This document shows positions 30,016 to 40,393 of a stretch of 64,000 bases of DNA, piece after piece. Location of the stretch: NCBI GenBank assembly GCA_050015395.1, contig JBEKBM010000014.1, positions 1 to 64,000 of the forward strand. The letters run 5' to 3'. The notes under the pieces were generated by a model. It saw only the letters and a program-made list of their open reading frames with translations. It had not been told where the DNA came from and made no database searches. Position numbers and translations under genes: made by a program. The DNA is from Candidatus Bathyarchaeia archaeon. GTDB lineage: Archaea > Thermoproteota > Bathyarchaeia > Bathyarchaeales > Bathycorpusculaceae. Position 1 is the first letter of the stretch. Every line of letters begins with the position of its first letter.

Positions 30016-31032
30016 ATGTACACTATCTCTCATCGTCGAAAAGGTAAAAGCCATATGAAGACTCAAAACGTACTGGCAACTGCCAGAAGCGTGGAAAAAA
30101 ATCGTGATTTCGTAGCAATGCTCAGAATCTTAGATGAGGAATGCCGGAAGTGCACCCCACTAACTCCGCTCGAATGCATCTCAAGCTGCAAAATCTGGAA
30201 GTTGAAGAACGAGCTTAGAAGACTCCACAAGACCATCGAAAACCCAGACTTCATGAAAGACCTAATGAACGTACTGAAAAACGACACGCGACTGCACATT
30301 CTTATGACGATCGCTAAAAGCCACTATTCAGTGCGCAAGCTTCAACAAGAACTCAGAAAGGCGGGTCACTCACACAGTCAAGACACCATAGTTGAAGAGT
30401 ACTTGCGTCCATTGCTAGAAGTTGGGCTTGCCGTCGAGGCTCAAGACCGGTACTACGCGACAACGTTCGGTGGCAGACTCACAGAATTGATCGAAGGTTC
30501 AGCTAACATAGTGAACTTTTTGCCGGCTCATTCCGAGTGCTACGAAGAAACTGTACTCAAAGCTTTGCTCAGCGGACCCAAAACCTTTGAAGACATAAAC
30601 GGGCTTGTCTCCCAGAAGATTGTCTCGCGAATCCTAAGGAGACTGAAAACGGTGAACCTGGTAGAAACGCCCAGGGAAAGAGCTTACATATTCTTCTTCA
30701 GATCAAAACGCGACCCTGCAAAGGAAACGTTTTCCTCCACTGAGAGCAAGGTTTACAACGGCATACCTGACGAGGGAATTTCTGCCCAGAAACTCGCCGA
30801 AAAAACAGGACTTACCACGAGGACAACCTACAAGTACCTGAGAGGACTGAAGGGAAAGAAGCTAGTGTTCACGAGAAAAATGCCTAAAACCTATTGCCTA
30901 ACTGCTAAAGGCGAAAAGTTGGCTTTGCTGCTGGATGAACTCTACACTCTGGTTGAGGAAACTCTGAGCTCTTCTGAACAAGTCTTCAAAGGCAACGAAA
31001 ACATAGCCCCACAGGTTTCCGGTGTATCTTAA
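30016..31032 (+). CDS. Multi-winged-HTH protein with Cys-rich N-terminus
   Basis: C..C.P..P..C...C motif and several wHTH-like segments (YYATTFG, YCLTAKG). Confidence 0.75.
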   Translation: MYTISHRRKGKSHMKTQNVLATARSVEKNRDFVAMLRILDEECRKCTPLTPLECISSCKIWKLKNELRRLHKTIENPDFMKDLMNVLKNDTRLHILMTIAKSHYSVRKLQQELRKAGHSHSQDTIVEEYLRPLLEVGLAVEAQDRYYATTFGGRLTELIEGSANIVNFLPAHSECYEETVLKALLSGPKTFEDINGLVSQKIVSRILRRLKTVNLVETPRERAYIFFFRSKRDPAKETFSSTESKVYNGIPDEGISAQKLAEKTGLTTRTTYKYLRGLKGKKLVFTRKMPKTYCLTAKGEKLALLLDELYTLVEETLSSSEQVFKGNENIAPQVSGVS

Positions 31033-31247
31033 TTTTCCTCGTCAAAGGAGACCTGCTACTGTGCGGCTAAAAAACTCGCCGCCTCGGAGACCCTAAAGGC
31101 GTGTATCCGACCTTCAATAAAGCTGGAAGTTCCAATATAAAAAATCTGTGTTTGTAAAGATCATCAGCCGATAGGAGAGACTATGACTTCACTATTTTGT
31201 GTAACCAAAGCAATTAGACCTCGGGCTCCAATTTCACGTGTCCTACG

Positions 31248-31961
31248 TTATTTTTTCCCTGAAATCATCCTTTCGGTCATTTTAATGAACTGGATAGATG
31301 GCTTAGCTGTTCCAGCTGTGCTTTTATCTATGGCATCGGCAATTCCCTGTATTTTCTCCACTGGAACTGAGGCGAACATTGTATTCTTGTCCCATCCCAC
31401 CATCCTCCTTGCGCTTATATCACCGGCAGTAACGTTGAAGTTACCTGACACAACCGGGTAGGTTATGCTGCTCCAGCAAAGCGACCCCTTCATCTCAAAT
31501 GCTGGGGTCTTGCCATCCCAGAACTGAGCCAGCGTAATAAGTCTTGATACCTGTTCTGCATTCACGAGGAAGATGATTAAATCAGGCACGAAAATGTCTT
31601 TGCTAACTGGATATAGATAGACCTTGCTGGCAATACCGAGAGGTGGTTTAGCAATCTTCTCAGATTCAATGAACGACCTCGTCGCCGTCTTAACATCGCA
31701 CCACAGCTTCTCCCCTTCCACAAGCAGCCTAAGTGGTACTTCTCTTCTTTCAGTAAGCCCAATAAGGCTCTTTCCTCCGGGGCAAGAGCAGGTCTCCTTG
31801 GAGAGCATTATCACTTTGCCACCAGCAGCCTCTAGGATGCCATCACACACGGTGTATTGGCCCTCAGCCAGCTTGGCTATAGGGGACTCATCGGTGTATT
31901 TCACTCCCACTGCTTCCCTTTCTATACCCAGCGCCTCTCTTATTTTTTCAGCAGACTCCAC
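31248..31961 (-). CDS. DUF169 family protein
   Basis: LGIEREAVGVKY, CPGG...G, PDLIIFLVNAEQ..RL, DISARR. Confidence 0.88.
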   Translation of the reverse strand: MESAEKIREALGIEREAVGVKYTDESPIAKLAEGQYTVCDGILEAAGGKVIMLSKETCSCPGGKSLIGLTERREVPLRLLVEGEKLWCDVKTATRSFIESEKIAKPPLGIASKVYLYPVSKDIFVPDLIIFLVNAEQVSRLITLAQFWDGKTPAFEMKGSLCWSSITYPVVSGNFNVTAGDISARRMVGWDKNTMFASVPVEKIQGIADAIDKSTAGTAKPSIQFIKMTERMISGKK

Positions 31962-32101
31962 CCTTAAACCTCCTTCAGAGATGACAAAGAAATCCTCACT
32001 TAATATAGTACGCTTATGGCATCGCTTATTAAAATTTGGCTATTAAGTTACTCCTCCCAGTGCAGGTATTTTTTTTTTGGTAAGCCGTGTTTTGCTTATT
32101 T

Positions 32102-32806
32102 TTATGGTTCCACTTTGATTATTTGTGGGATTTTGCCTGCGGTGCCCACTTGGCCTTTGTAGATTATGAGTATGCCTTCCACGCCTTCAATTGATAATCC
32201 TTTGCTGATTCCTGCTTTAATAGCGGCTTCTGCGTTTTCGCCTTTAACAACGTTGCCTACGGCTGTGGCTGCTGCATCGGCTAAGGAGGCGTTTTTGCAG
32301 AAAACCGTTGCTGCCTCCGCATCACCAAAACTTAACGCGTGGCTAAATCGTCCTGAACTGGTGGCGATGCCGATTGGGAATTCTGTTAGCCGAAAGCCGA
32401 ACCGTTTTGATAGGGGCTCGTCTCCAGCGGCAACTGCCACGTCAACGGGCGTGTTTGATGTTGCTGAGATTTCTCCGCCGTCTTCCACCACTGCCACTTC
32501 ACAGCCTTCACGGGTCATGTCGTTTACTGCTAAGTCCGCTATGACTCCAGCTACGGCTGCCATGGGTCCAACGCCTGCTTTTTCTGCAGCTAAAGCCATC
32601 AATCTAGCCACAAGAGGTTTTTCTGGTGCAGGGATTGGCGTTAGCGTGTACAAGAATTTGGGGTTTGCTCTGATGTAAATTTCGAGTTCTTGCCTGTTGC
32701 GTTTGATTGATTCTATGGCTACATGGATGGCTTGCTGTTTATCTGAAATTAATGTGCATTGTGTTTCTTTTAGGGTGAAGTTTTCTTTGAACAGGTTTCT
32801 GGTCAA
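32102..32806 (-). CDS. UPF0280/ApbE-like protein (MA1715-type)
   Basis: GVGPMAAVAG, GGEI, TSSG...HALSFGDA.AAT, ADAAATAVGN. Confidence 0.92.
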   Translation of the reverse strand: MTRNLFKENFTLKETQCTLISDKQQAIHVAIESIKRNRQELEIYIRANPKFLYTLTPIPAPEKPLVARLMALAAEKAGVGPMAAVAGVIADLAVNDMTREGCEVAVVEDGGEISATSNTPVDVAVAAGDEPLSKRFGFRLTEFPIGIATSSGRFSHALSFGDAEAATVFCKNASLADAAATAVGNVVKGENAEAAIKAGISKGLSIEGVEGILIIYKGQVGTAGKIPQIIKVEP

Positions 32807-32809
32807 CTT

Positions 32810-33241
32810 TTACTTTTTCCTGTTATTCGCTGGTTGCTCTGTGTTAGTTTGTTTAACTGATTTTATTGCTCTGGCTGGGCACGCGTCTACGCAGATGCTG
32901 CAGGTGCTGCCAACGCATTTTTCCTTATCGAACTTTACTGATAAATCCTTATCTATGCTTATGGCTTCCACTGGGCAAAGAGCCACACAGGAGCCGCAGC
33001 TAAAACATTTCTCTGCGTCAACTTCGATAAGTTTCGGTATTGTAACTGTTACGCCTCTTTTTCGGAAAGCTTTTATTATTTTCTCCTGTGCCTCATCTGG
33101 AACTTCAGCAAGTATTTCGCCGCCTTTAGAGTTTATGTGGGCTACTAAAATGGCGATTGGCACTTTGTACTCAAGAATTACTTGGCTGGTTATTGGTTGA
33201 GGTACCTGTTCTTCAGTGAATCTTAAGAGAAGTCTTACCAT
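32810..33241 (-). CDS. NIL domain plus 2x[4Fe-4S] ferredoxin (MA1822-type)
   Basis: N-terminal NIL domain, CFSCGSCVALCP, CVGSTCSICVDACP. Confidence 0.9.
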   Translation of the reverse strand: MVRLLLRFTEEQVPQPITSQVILEYKVPIAILVAHINSKGGEILAEVPDEAQEKIIKAFRKRGVTVTIPKLIEVDAEKCFSCGSCVALCPVEAISIDKDLSVKFDKEKCVGSTCSICVDACPARAIKSVKQTNTEQPANNRKK

Positions 33242-33245
33242 GCTT

Positions 33246-34748
33246 TTACCGTCCTAACAGTTTAGACACATCTTCAGAGGTAACTATGCCCAGCACTTTC
33301 TTTTCTATATCAATTACAGGCAGCGCTGAAATGTTATGCTGAGCCATCCGTTTAGAAGCAATCTCCAACGGCTCATCAGGTTTGGCAGTCACCACGTTAC
33401 GCGTTTCTATGTCGGCTAACGCTTTTTTGCCTTCAGCCATAGCCCGAGTGATATCCCACGATGTAACTATTCCCCGCAGCTTCCCAGCATCATCAACTAC
33501 CACGATGTGGTTAACCGATTTAGTAACAATCCGCTCGGCAATAGCACGTATCTCCTCATTCTCAGTACACGTAACCGCTGGATGCATAACGCTCATGACG
33601 AACGGGATTTCCTGAGTCTGCCTCATCGGCTTAAACACGGTGTCATTTGGCAACCGCTCAACAGGCGAAGTTAAGAAAAACGTGCCTTCCTCAATCCAAG
33701 ACTTCAGTGTCTGTGAGACTTTCTTAGCCATCTTTAGGCTAGACAGGGAGCTGACCCTGACTTTCTTATCATTAATCATTATTGAGCCAGACTTTAGCTC
33801 TTTATAGCTCACTTGCCTTAGCTTCGGGCGGTCTCTACGGGGCACGCTGTAATCGACCACGTCTGTCATGATTTCGCTGTCACGAATCGCTGTCTTCTTT
33901 GCTAAGCCTTCATTCAAGATGGGAATGGGAACGCCTAGACCAACATACATTGAAGTGCCATACCGCGTGAAGGCAGCGCCCTGCAAGAATTCAGGTGACA
34001 TCTTCTTGGCATCCCCTTTCACCATCAAGGTGCCGTTTAGGTTTTTGGGGCTATGTTGCGTTCCCTCACCAATAACGTAGCCTTGCGCTCCGCCAAGAAA
34101 AATCCTTGTTCCCATACCAATCGTTTCGTAGTCTGGGTCGTTCATGAGCGGGTTTAATTCGCCTGCCCCAGAAAATGTCGCGTTTCGCAGTCGTGGCAAA
34201 AGTTTGCTCATGTAAGTGTAAATGGTTTCGTCACTAGTGTTTACTGCGCAGTTGTAGCGTTGGTAGCAGTTGCGGAAGTTCAATAGGTAAAACTGGTTTA
34301 AATCGTCTTTTGTTATGTTTGTTTTAAGCTGAGTCCTTGGGTAACAGTCAGTTCCGTAAGCTGTGGCGCGGAGTTCAACCTCTTTGCCTGCTATGAGGTC
34401 TTGGATTACGTGTCCGCCGCCATATTCGAAAGGCTGCTTCTGGGACATGTTAGTTGCTCCAATAAACAGGTCAACCGCTGCGCCAGGATGGCAAACTTCA
34501 ACATCATTCATCCAAGCATGGTCAATCTTTATCGGCGGGTCAGAGTGCCCAAGGTTAATAACTGCGCCAGAGGAACACATAGCGCCAAAAGTTCCTGTTG
34601 TTACAACATCAACCTCTTTAAAGGCAACTTCTACACCGCTGCTTTCCACTAGTTTTTTCATTTCTTCAGCGGTTAAAACCTGAACGTCGCCTTTGCGGAT
34701 TTTCTCGTTAATCTCTTCTACACTGCGAGTTTTCGTAGGTTTGGACAA
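33246..34748 (-). CDS. L-aspartate semialdehyde sulfurtransferase (homocysteine biosynthesis, DUF39 plus CBS; MA1821-type)
   Basis: VDVVTTGTFGAMCSSG, YGGGHVI, GTDCYP, RNCYQRY, GTRIFLGG, C-terminal CBS pair. Confidence 0.93.
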   Translation of the reverse strand: MSKPTKTRSVEEINEKIRKGDVQVLTAEEMKKLVESSGVEVAFKEVDVVTTGTFGAMCSSGAVINLGHSDPPIKIDHAWMNDVEVCHPGAAVDLFIGATNMSQKQPFEYGGGHVIQDLIAGKEVELRATAYGTDCYPRTQLKTNITKDDLNQFYLLNFRNCYQRYNCAVNTSDETIYTYMSKLLPRLRNATFSGAGELNPLMNDPDYETIGMGTRIFLGGAQGYVIGEGTQHSPKNLNGTLMVKGDAKKMSPEFLQGAAFTRYGTSMYVGLGVPIPILNEGLAKKTAIRDSEIMTDVVDYSVPRRDRPKLRQVSYKELKSGSIMINDKKVRVSSLSSLKMAKKVSQTLKSWIEEGTFFLTSPVERLPNDTVFKPMRQTQEIPFVMSVMHPAVTCTENEEIRAIAERIVTKSVNHIVVVDDAGKLRGIVTSWDITRAMAEGKKALADIETRNVVTAKPDEPLEIASKRMAQHNISALPVIDIEKKVLGIVTSEDVSKLLGR

Positions 34749-34812
34749 TTAGCTTACCTTAATGCCAATCGGAAAGGTGTCGCACGTTAATATTTTTTGT
34801 GTAATAACCAAT

Positions 34813-35040
34813 GTATGTATTTAGCTCTCGTTTTTTGTCTTAGGGTATTTGTGTGTGCTCAGCCTACCTGCCTAGTCTACTAGATGCTTCTAATATGCTT
34901 CAAATATGATTCAACATAGGTGTGCATAGAACTAAGACCGCGCACTTTGCATGCAGAACGGTGCTTTTCAACATAGAAAAGTCTGTTTTTTGATGTAGAA
35001 AAAAGCACTAAAAAAGAAAAAACAAGATCTAAATATACAC
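34813..35040. mobile_element. 228-bp MITE-like element, copy 2
   Basis: Same length and orientation as 28514-28741, about 9 substitutions by eye; no 8-bp TSD. Confidence 0.88.
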
Positions 35041-35216
35041 AATCTTTTCAATTTAACTGCACTCTTTCCACAGTATTAGACGCGCGCTGCCTTGTCCCGA
35101 AATTAAGTTAATGCTTATTTTAGTAGGTGCGGGCACCGCCTATTTTGCGCATGTTAACTGCAGCATGCGCCAACACAAACGAGATCGCTTCTTAAATACT
35201 TCAAGTACGATAGGTT

Positions 35217-36035
35217 TTGTTCATGGGATACCAACCGCAACATGAAAAGGTCAAAGCTAGAGGACGGAAGCATAGAACTGTCGGTAATTCCATGCGAGAG
35301 GAGAAGCATGTTGCTACTATGAAAGAGGTTTCGGACAGAACCCTCAAGCAACTACGTAATCTAGGAAGACAGAGATTTGGTTCTTCCCCGTTCAGTGAGC
35401 ACTTCGACCGTTGGCTAGTGAACCTAACAGATGTCCTGTCTGAGTTTGAGTTAAGTCCAAACATAGGCGCAGATGATCAATTCGTAAAGGAGCGCTCACA
35501 AATACTCTCCATTGTTAAGATTGAGCTTGAGGAAAGACGCCGTAAGGAGGCTTCTCTGGAGGAGGCTATCAAAAGTCTATCGAATAGCAAAAATCTTCTT
35601 GAACGAATCAACGAAGAATATGCTACCAGGGTAAGGGAGATTAAAGGGCAAAAAAATAGTGAAATCAAACGTCTGAATAACAATATTGGCTGTCTCAGAG
35701 AAGAACTGGATTATATAATTCGGATGAAAACTGGCCTCTTCAGAGGCATCTCCAAGAAGGCTAGGGAACAGAAAGAGATAGAGACAACTCAGGAACTGAA
35801 CACTGGACAAAGGGAGCTTGAATTAGCCATGCTGGATTTCACTGAAGTACAAGAAAGGCTCCGAGACGAGTATGAAAGAAAGAGGCAGCCAGTCATCGAG
35901 CAGGTAAGAGATTGCCAGAAAAAGATTGAGAACCTGGAGACCGATGGTTCTCTAGAAGACAGATGGTTTGCTTGCGAAGCCCTCGTAGATGCAGTGAATG
36001 CACTTCTCCAAAGAAAAACGCTCCAGCTTCATTAG
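35217..36035 (+). CDS. Hypothetical coiled-coil protein
   Basis: 272-aa E/K/R-rich heptad ORF. Confidence 0.75.
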   Translation: MFMGYQPQHEKVKARGRKHRTVGNSMREEKHVATMKEVSDRTLKQLRNLGRQRFGSSPFSEHFDRWLVNLTDVLSEFELSPNIGADDQFVKERSQILSIVKIELEERRRKEASLEEAIKSLSNSKNLLERINEEYATRVREIKGQKNSEIKRLNNNIGCLREELDYIIRMKTGLFRGISKKAREQKEIETTQELNTGQRELELAMLDFTEVQERLRDEYERKRQPVIEQVRDCQKKIENLETDGSLEDRWFACEALVDAVNALLQRKTLQLH

Positions 36036-36108
36036 CCCGCTTAATGCTGCCCATTCCAGTATTTTCTGAGTCGCTGACGATTTTTTCAGTTCTTGGACCC
36101 GAACCCAT

Positions 36109-36134
36109 TTGGGTTCAAATCCCATCGGACCCGC
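36109..36134 (+). other. tRNA 3'-end-like fragment (possible att relic, Arg-like acceptor strand)
   Basis: TGGG-TTCAAAT-CCCA-T-CGGACCC-G; no D or anticodon arm upstream. Confidence 0.55.
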
Positions 36135-36364
36135 TTTTGAAGGATAATTCTTAACATTTTTATTAGCAGAGTTGTCAGCTTCTTTTTCGCCCGCTTCTAT
36201 TTGAAACGAGAATTATCCTTTCTTATTTGAATAAGGGTTTTGAACCCTTTTGGGTTTAAGGATCTCCAGCCCCATTGAAGCCTTCTAATTCGCCTTTTGT
36301 CTTAAGCCAGTTTTGGAGAGACTATTCCAGTTGAATTTATTTAACTCCTTGCCTACCGTATCTA

Positions 36365-37375
36365 TTGAGGTTGCACGACACGAGTAACGGCGACACAGGT
36401 AAACTATCAATAGACGACGCCATCATAGATTATCTGTCTAAGAAAGGCATAACTGATCAAACAGAAAAATTGGCACTTGCTCGAATCAGCAGCAAAATGG
36501 AAATCAGTAGCGGACAAGTAGAAATGAGCATCAACAGACTGAGCGCAAAAAACTTGATACGCAAAGTTTACTTGCACGGCAAAGTTGGTTTTGAGCTGAC
36601 TCCAAGAGGAAAATCAGCAATCGAAGTTTTAGCAAAAGCCGAAACCGCCCGTATTACCAGACAACTGCAAGAAGCAATACACCAGGAACGAAAAGCAAAG
36701 CTAAGATCGGGTACTGTTAATAAAATGAAATCAATTGAAGATGAATGGCAAAACTACCAAATGCCTGATAGAAAACTGATTGATAAAATTGAGCAAGAAG
36801 CCACAAAATTTCTTGCAGCAACAAAAGAAACTGAAGACAAGCAACCTTTTTGTCATATAGACCCTCAAAACTATGACCAAAAATTCTCACAGTACAAACC
36901 TCAAATAGAAAACCTGACTGAACAAAACAACAACCTGACCAAAGCAGTAAACAACTATGCAAAAATCAAAAATTACCTACTATCAATATCGGCTGACATT
37001 GAAAACATCAACAAAACCATTAACCGGTATGAACCCATGGCAGAAGCAACAGCGCAGGTAAGTCAACTGAAAACCTCTCTTTGCAGACTAAAATCAATTC
37101 AATCTCAACTAGAAAACTTTGATAAGGATCAATTAACTCAATTCGAAGAGCTCAAGACCCAACTTGGAGATAATTCCAGACTTTTAGAAATGCTAAAGAG
37201 ACCTACTCACGAATTTACGCCAATAAAGAGGGAAAACTTAGCAGAAAAGACAACTCTGTATCCAGACCCTGAAGGTCCAATCAAATATGGCCGCAAAACA
37301 AGTGGGTACCCATTAGAGGAAAAATGTAGCAGGTGTGGAACAAAGCGAAGGTTGACAACTGTTGACATCGGATAA
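36365..37375 (+). CDS. Hypothetical protein: N-terminal wHTH, coiled coil, C-terminal CxxC
   Basis: INRLSAKNLIRK...FELTPRG wing; CSRCG near the end. Confidence 0.75.
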   Translation: MRLHDTSNGDTGKLSIDDAIIDYLSKKGITDQTEKLALARISSKMEISSGQVEMSINRLSAKNLIRKVYLHGKVGFELTPRGKSAIEVLAKAETARITRQLQEAIHQERKAKLRSGTVNKMKSIEDEWQNYQMPDRKLIDKIEQEATKFLAATKETEDKQPFCHIDPQNYDQKFSQYKPQIENLTEQNNNLTKAVNNYAKIKNYLLSISADIENINKTINRYEPMAEATAQVSQLKTSLCRLKSIQSQLENFDKDQLTQFEELKTQLGDNSRLLEMLKRPTHEFTPIKRENLAEKTTLYPDPEGPIKYGRKTSGYPLEEKCSRCGTKRRLTTVDIG

Positions 37376-37457
37376 ATACTTGCTTTCCCTTAAACAGAAT
37401 TAATTTCGTTCAAGCTCACGGTCTTCCCTCATTGAAGACCAAATTCGTATCCACTGT

Positions 37458-38324
37458 TTAGCTTAAAGAAATAAGTGCTAGACCAGTCAAGATAGCTGCT
37501 ATGCCGATTTTCTGATTGTTAGCTACTCTTTCCTTCAAGAAAACGTATGCAAGCATGACGGTTACGGCGGGATATGTGGCAGCAATGGGGCCAACTATAG
37601 ATACAAATTCTGTTGTTAGGCTTAAGTTGAAGGTTAAAAATCCCGAAAAATCTAGCAAACCAGCTATGATTATGAATAGAAAGATCAATCTAGCTGGAAG
37701 AGAAATTTTTGTTTTCGTAACTCCAACCCAAGAAAACAAAGTCAGTATTGCAACGGCCCTAAAAAGCAAAAGCGCCATAATTGGTCCTGCCACAGCGACA
37801 ATGGGTTTAATTAAAGCGTAAGTAATTCCCCATGCAATCATGCATATTATGCCATCCATAACTCCGTTATGCCTCCAATATTTCATGCTCTTTCTCAGTT
37901 CCGCTAAATTTGTAGATGCAAGAAAGACACCGACAAAAACAACTACGACGCCAATAATTTGTAACAGCGTCAGTTGTTCTTTAAAGAGAAAAACAGCCAA
38001 CAAAGTTGTTATGATCGCCCAGCAGGCGGAAATAGGTGACACTACGGATACGTTACCTTTTTGAAATCCCCTATACAAAAAAATATAGCCAATAATTCCA
38101 AAAACCCCAGTCAATAATATTGTGAAAACCAAGTCGACTGTAAAAGAAGGAACTCTAAAGAATAGAATTACACAAATGAAAATAGGAACAAGCGATACAG
38201 ACTGATTAATTACCAAAGAAGCCCTGTAACCCGTTTTATCTATTGCTTTCTTTGCGAAGAAGTCTGCCACTCCCCAACTTAACATTGTTGTGATTGCAAA
38301 AAGAATTCCTATCTCCAAGGTCAT
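37458..38324 (-). CDS. EamA/DMT family transporter
   Basis: Two EamA repeats (SVVSPI...LFKEQL; SIVGPI...FLKERV). Confidence 0.92.
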   Translation of the reverse strand: MTLEIGILFAITTMLSWGVADFFAKKAIDKTGYRASLVINQSVSLVPIFICVILFFRVPSFTVDLVFTILLTGVFGIIGYIFLYRGFQKGNVSVVSPISACWAIITTLLAVFLFKEQLTLLQIIGVVVVFVGVFLASTNLAELRKSMKYWRHNGVMDGIICMIAWGITYALIKPIVAVAGPIMALLLFRAVAILTLFSWVGVTKTKISLPARLIFLFIIIAGLLDFSGFLTFNLSLTTEFVSIVGPIAATYPAVTVMLAYVFLKERVANNQKIGIAAILTGLALISLS

Positions 38325-38647
38325 AATTTATTAGACTCCAATTGCCATCAATTATCCAACTGACCTCAATTTAAAGCTTAAATCATAGAATTCAACCAGC
38401 TAATTTTAGGAATCGACTCGATCCTTATCGAAGAAATATAGATTATGGGCTTGTGCAAAAGAACACTTGAATGTCCATGCATAGAAACTCAAATGGTGTA
38501 CCTGAACGTACTCTCTAATAAGCCGATGAGAACAAAAACTACCAAACAGAATTGCATTAAAATCAACGTTTGGTTGAACCAATTGATTTTATGAATTAAA
38601 AGAAGTCACAAAAAAAATCTGGGGCTTAATCATAAAACTGAGATGCA

Positions 38648-39058
38648 CTAATTTTCGGTGCTATCGTTTGTGCTTGTTAAACTTGCTTCTGCTGAACCTT
38701 GTTTCTCAGCACTTCCAGCTTGAAGCTTCTTGATCTCATCCATTAGCTTCTCCAACTCTGCCAAATCTTCATCGATCTGCCTCTCATCATATCCTTTTGC
38801 CAAATTACCCATAACCAATCCAATATTTGCAGATACTTGAGCCCACATCTGCCGCTCCTTAGGAGTTATAGACTGCAACTTATCACCAACTTGCTGCTGC
38901 CCCACTTTGCCTTTAGCAATGGAAGTAGCCATGTCAAATAAGTCATCAAGTTCGCTAATCCACTTATTTCTCAAACCTTGCGTGTCAACCCTAACTGTTT
39001 GCTGAAGCCGACAAATACGCCTCTCAACCTGAACAGTAAAACCTGAATTACGCCTCAT
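38648..39058 (-). CDS. Hypothetical helical protein, possibly mobile-element derived
   Basis: 136 aa with strong SD (GGAGGTGA); lies in an accessory patch next to AbiE. Confidence 0.7.
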   Translation of the reverse strand: MRRNSGFTVQVERRICRLQQTVRVDTQGLRNKWISELDDLFDMATSIAKGKVGQQQVGDKLQSITPKERQMWAQVSANIGLVMGNLAKGYDERQIDEDLAELEKLMDEIKKLQAGSAEKQGSAEASLTSTNDSTEN

Positions 39059-39469
39059 TTCTTTTTCACCTCCCGAATTTTTTATCTGTCATTTGATTAT
39101 TCTCTTATTCGAGAACCCAACTCAAATTCCCAAGATTTCATACCAAAAAAATCAAGCAAAAAAACCTCAATGTTCCAAAGATAAATGACCTGTCGCGTCT
39201 AAACCGCCAATCACAAAAATGGACTTAACCATCGCCAACCGTCGAAGATACCGCTAAAAAGCTAGAAATCCTTTGCCTCCATAATTTCTAATCTGTTTCT
39301 ATGCAGAACATCTGCTAAACGCCACTCTAAGGCGGCAACAGAAACCAAACGAGCCTGACACAAAAAAGCGCATGCTCACTGTTTTATTGGATTCAATGAT
39401 GCTAAGACTTAAAAGGATTCTGGCACCGCCAAAGAGATGCATCAAAAACGGACATATTACGGTTCTATT

Positions 39470-40393
39470 TCAGGTTAGTCCGTCTATGGCTTTCTTCAGG
39501 AACGTTTTTAGTTTTTCAAGGAATTTGTAGAAGTCCTTCTCGTCAATATCCTTAAGCAGGAGCCCTTTCTCTTCACCCCAAGTGAAGGGTGCTGACGTCA
39601 CAATGTCCTTCTTTTCCTCAAAATTCTTCCTGTACCGCTCATAGAGACTAAACGTAAACTTTGTCTTTTCCACACTACAGACAGAGACATCTTCCAACTT
39701 AATCCCGAAGGTCTTGCAGATTAAGTAAACATCAAGGAAATCGCGCGCCTTTAGGCCTTTGCGCGTAAGTATTGCCCGGATCTTCTCGCACAGAATCTCG
39801 CGAATATCATACACATCGAAACAGATTTTCTGAGTATATTCCTTATACTCTGGAAACAACAAAATGAGCTCTTCCTGCTTCTCAGACAGCAGACTCCCTA
39901 ACTCCGCACTCTTCAAAGGGAAAAGCATTGTTTCTACGAAGTTCATCTGAACTTTCAAGAAGCTCTTGCGCCCAAAAACTTCAGATTCATACCAGACCTT
40001 GAACGTGCAGGTCTTATTTCCGCCCCCAAGCTCAACGTAGTTTCTGTTGGCCTTCGCGCATTTGAAGTCCAGCCCACGCTTCTTTGCTATCTCTTCAAAA
40101 ACTTCTCCAATGTCGTCTATGATCTTTGAGAGTTGCTTTCGTATTTCCTTCTGGGACTTGCCTTCGAAGTCTTTCTGGTTTTTCCATGTGAAGTCGATAT
40201 CTTCAGAGAACCTGAAATAGTCCAGATAGCATTTTGCCAGGCAGGTTCCGCCTTTGAAAGCAAAGTTCTCGCGGAAGAAAGGGTTTCTTGAAAGTTCAAA
40301 GAGCACCTGATGTAGGATGAGGTCTTTCTCTATCAAATCGGTCCTTTTGACATGCTGAACTCTGGCTACCTCGTTCACAAAGTCTTTTCTCAT
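39470..40393 (-). CDS. AbiEii-family nucleotidyltransferase toxin (type IV TA)
   Basis: IEKD, FKGGTCL.K.Y..YFRFSEDIDF, EKIRA, RDFLD. Confidence 0.93.
   Translation of the reverse strand: MRKDFVNEVARVQHVKRTDLIEKDLILHQVLFELSRNPFFRENFAFKGGTCLAKCYLDYFRFSEDIDFTWKNQKDFEGKSQKEIRKQLSKIIDDIGEVFEEIAKKRGLDFKCAKANRNYVELGGGNKTCTFKVWYESEVFGRKSFLKVQMNFVETMLFPLKSAELGSLLSEKQEELILLFPEYKEYTQKICFDVYDIREILCEKIRAILTRKGLKARDFLDVYLICKTFGIKLEDVSVCSVEKTKFTFSLYERYRKNFEEKKDIVTSAPFTWGEEKGLLLKDIDEKDFYKFLEKLKTFLKKAIDGLT

Noticed and set aside
28514-35040. Composite transposon bounded by the two MITEs
   Set aside because: Copy 1 has its own TSD on both sides, and the outer flanks (GAAAAATA versus AATCTTTT) do not match.
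36080-36140. Complete tRNA gene (also at about 24800-24850)
   Set aside because: Only the T-arm and 3' acceptor-like strand are present; no D-arm, anticodon arm or complementary 5' strand.
39180-39260. Fluoride riboswitch (GGCGATGG on the minus strand)
   Set aside because: Lacks the complementary stem and downstream conserved motif; no fluoride-related gene follows.
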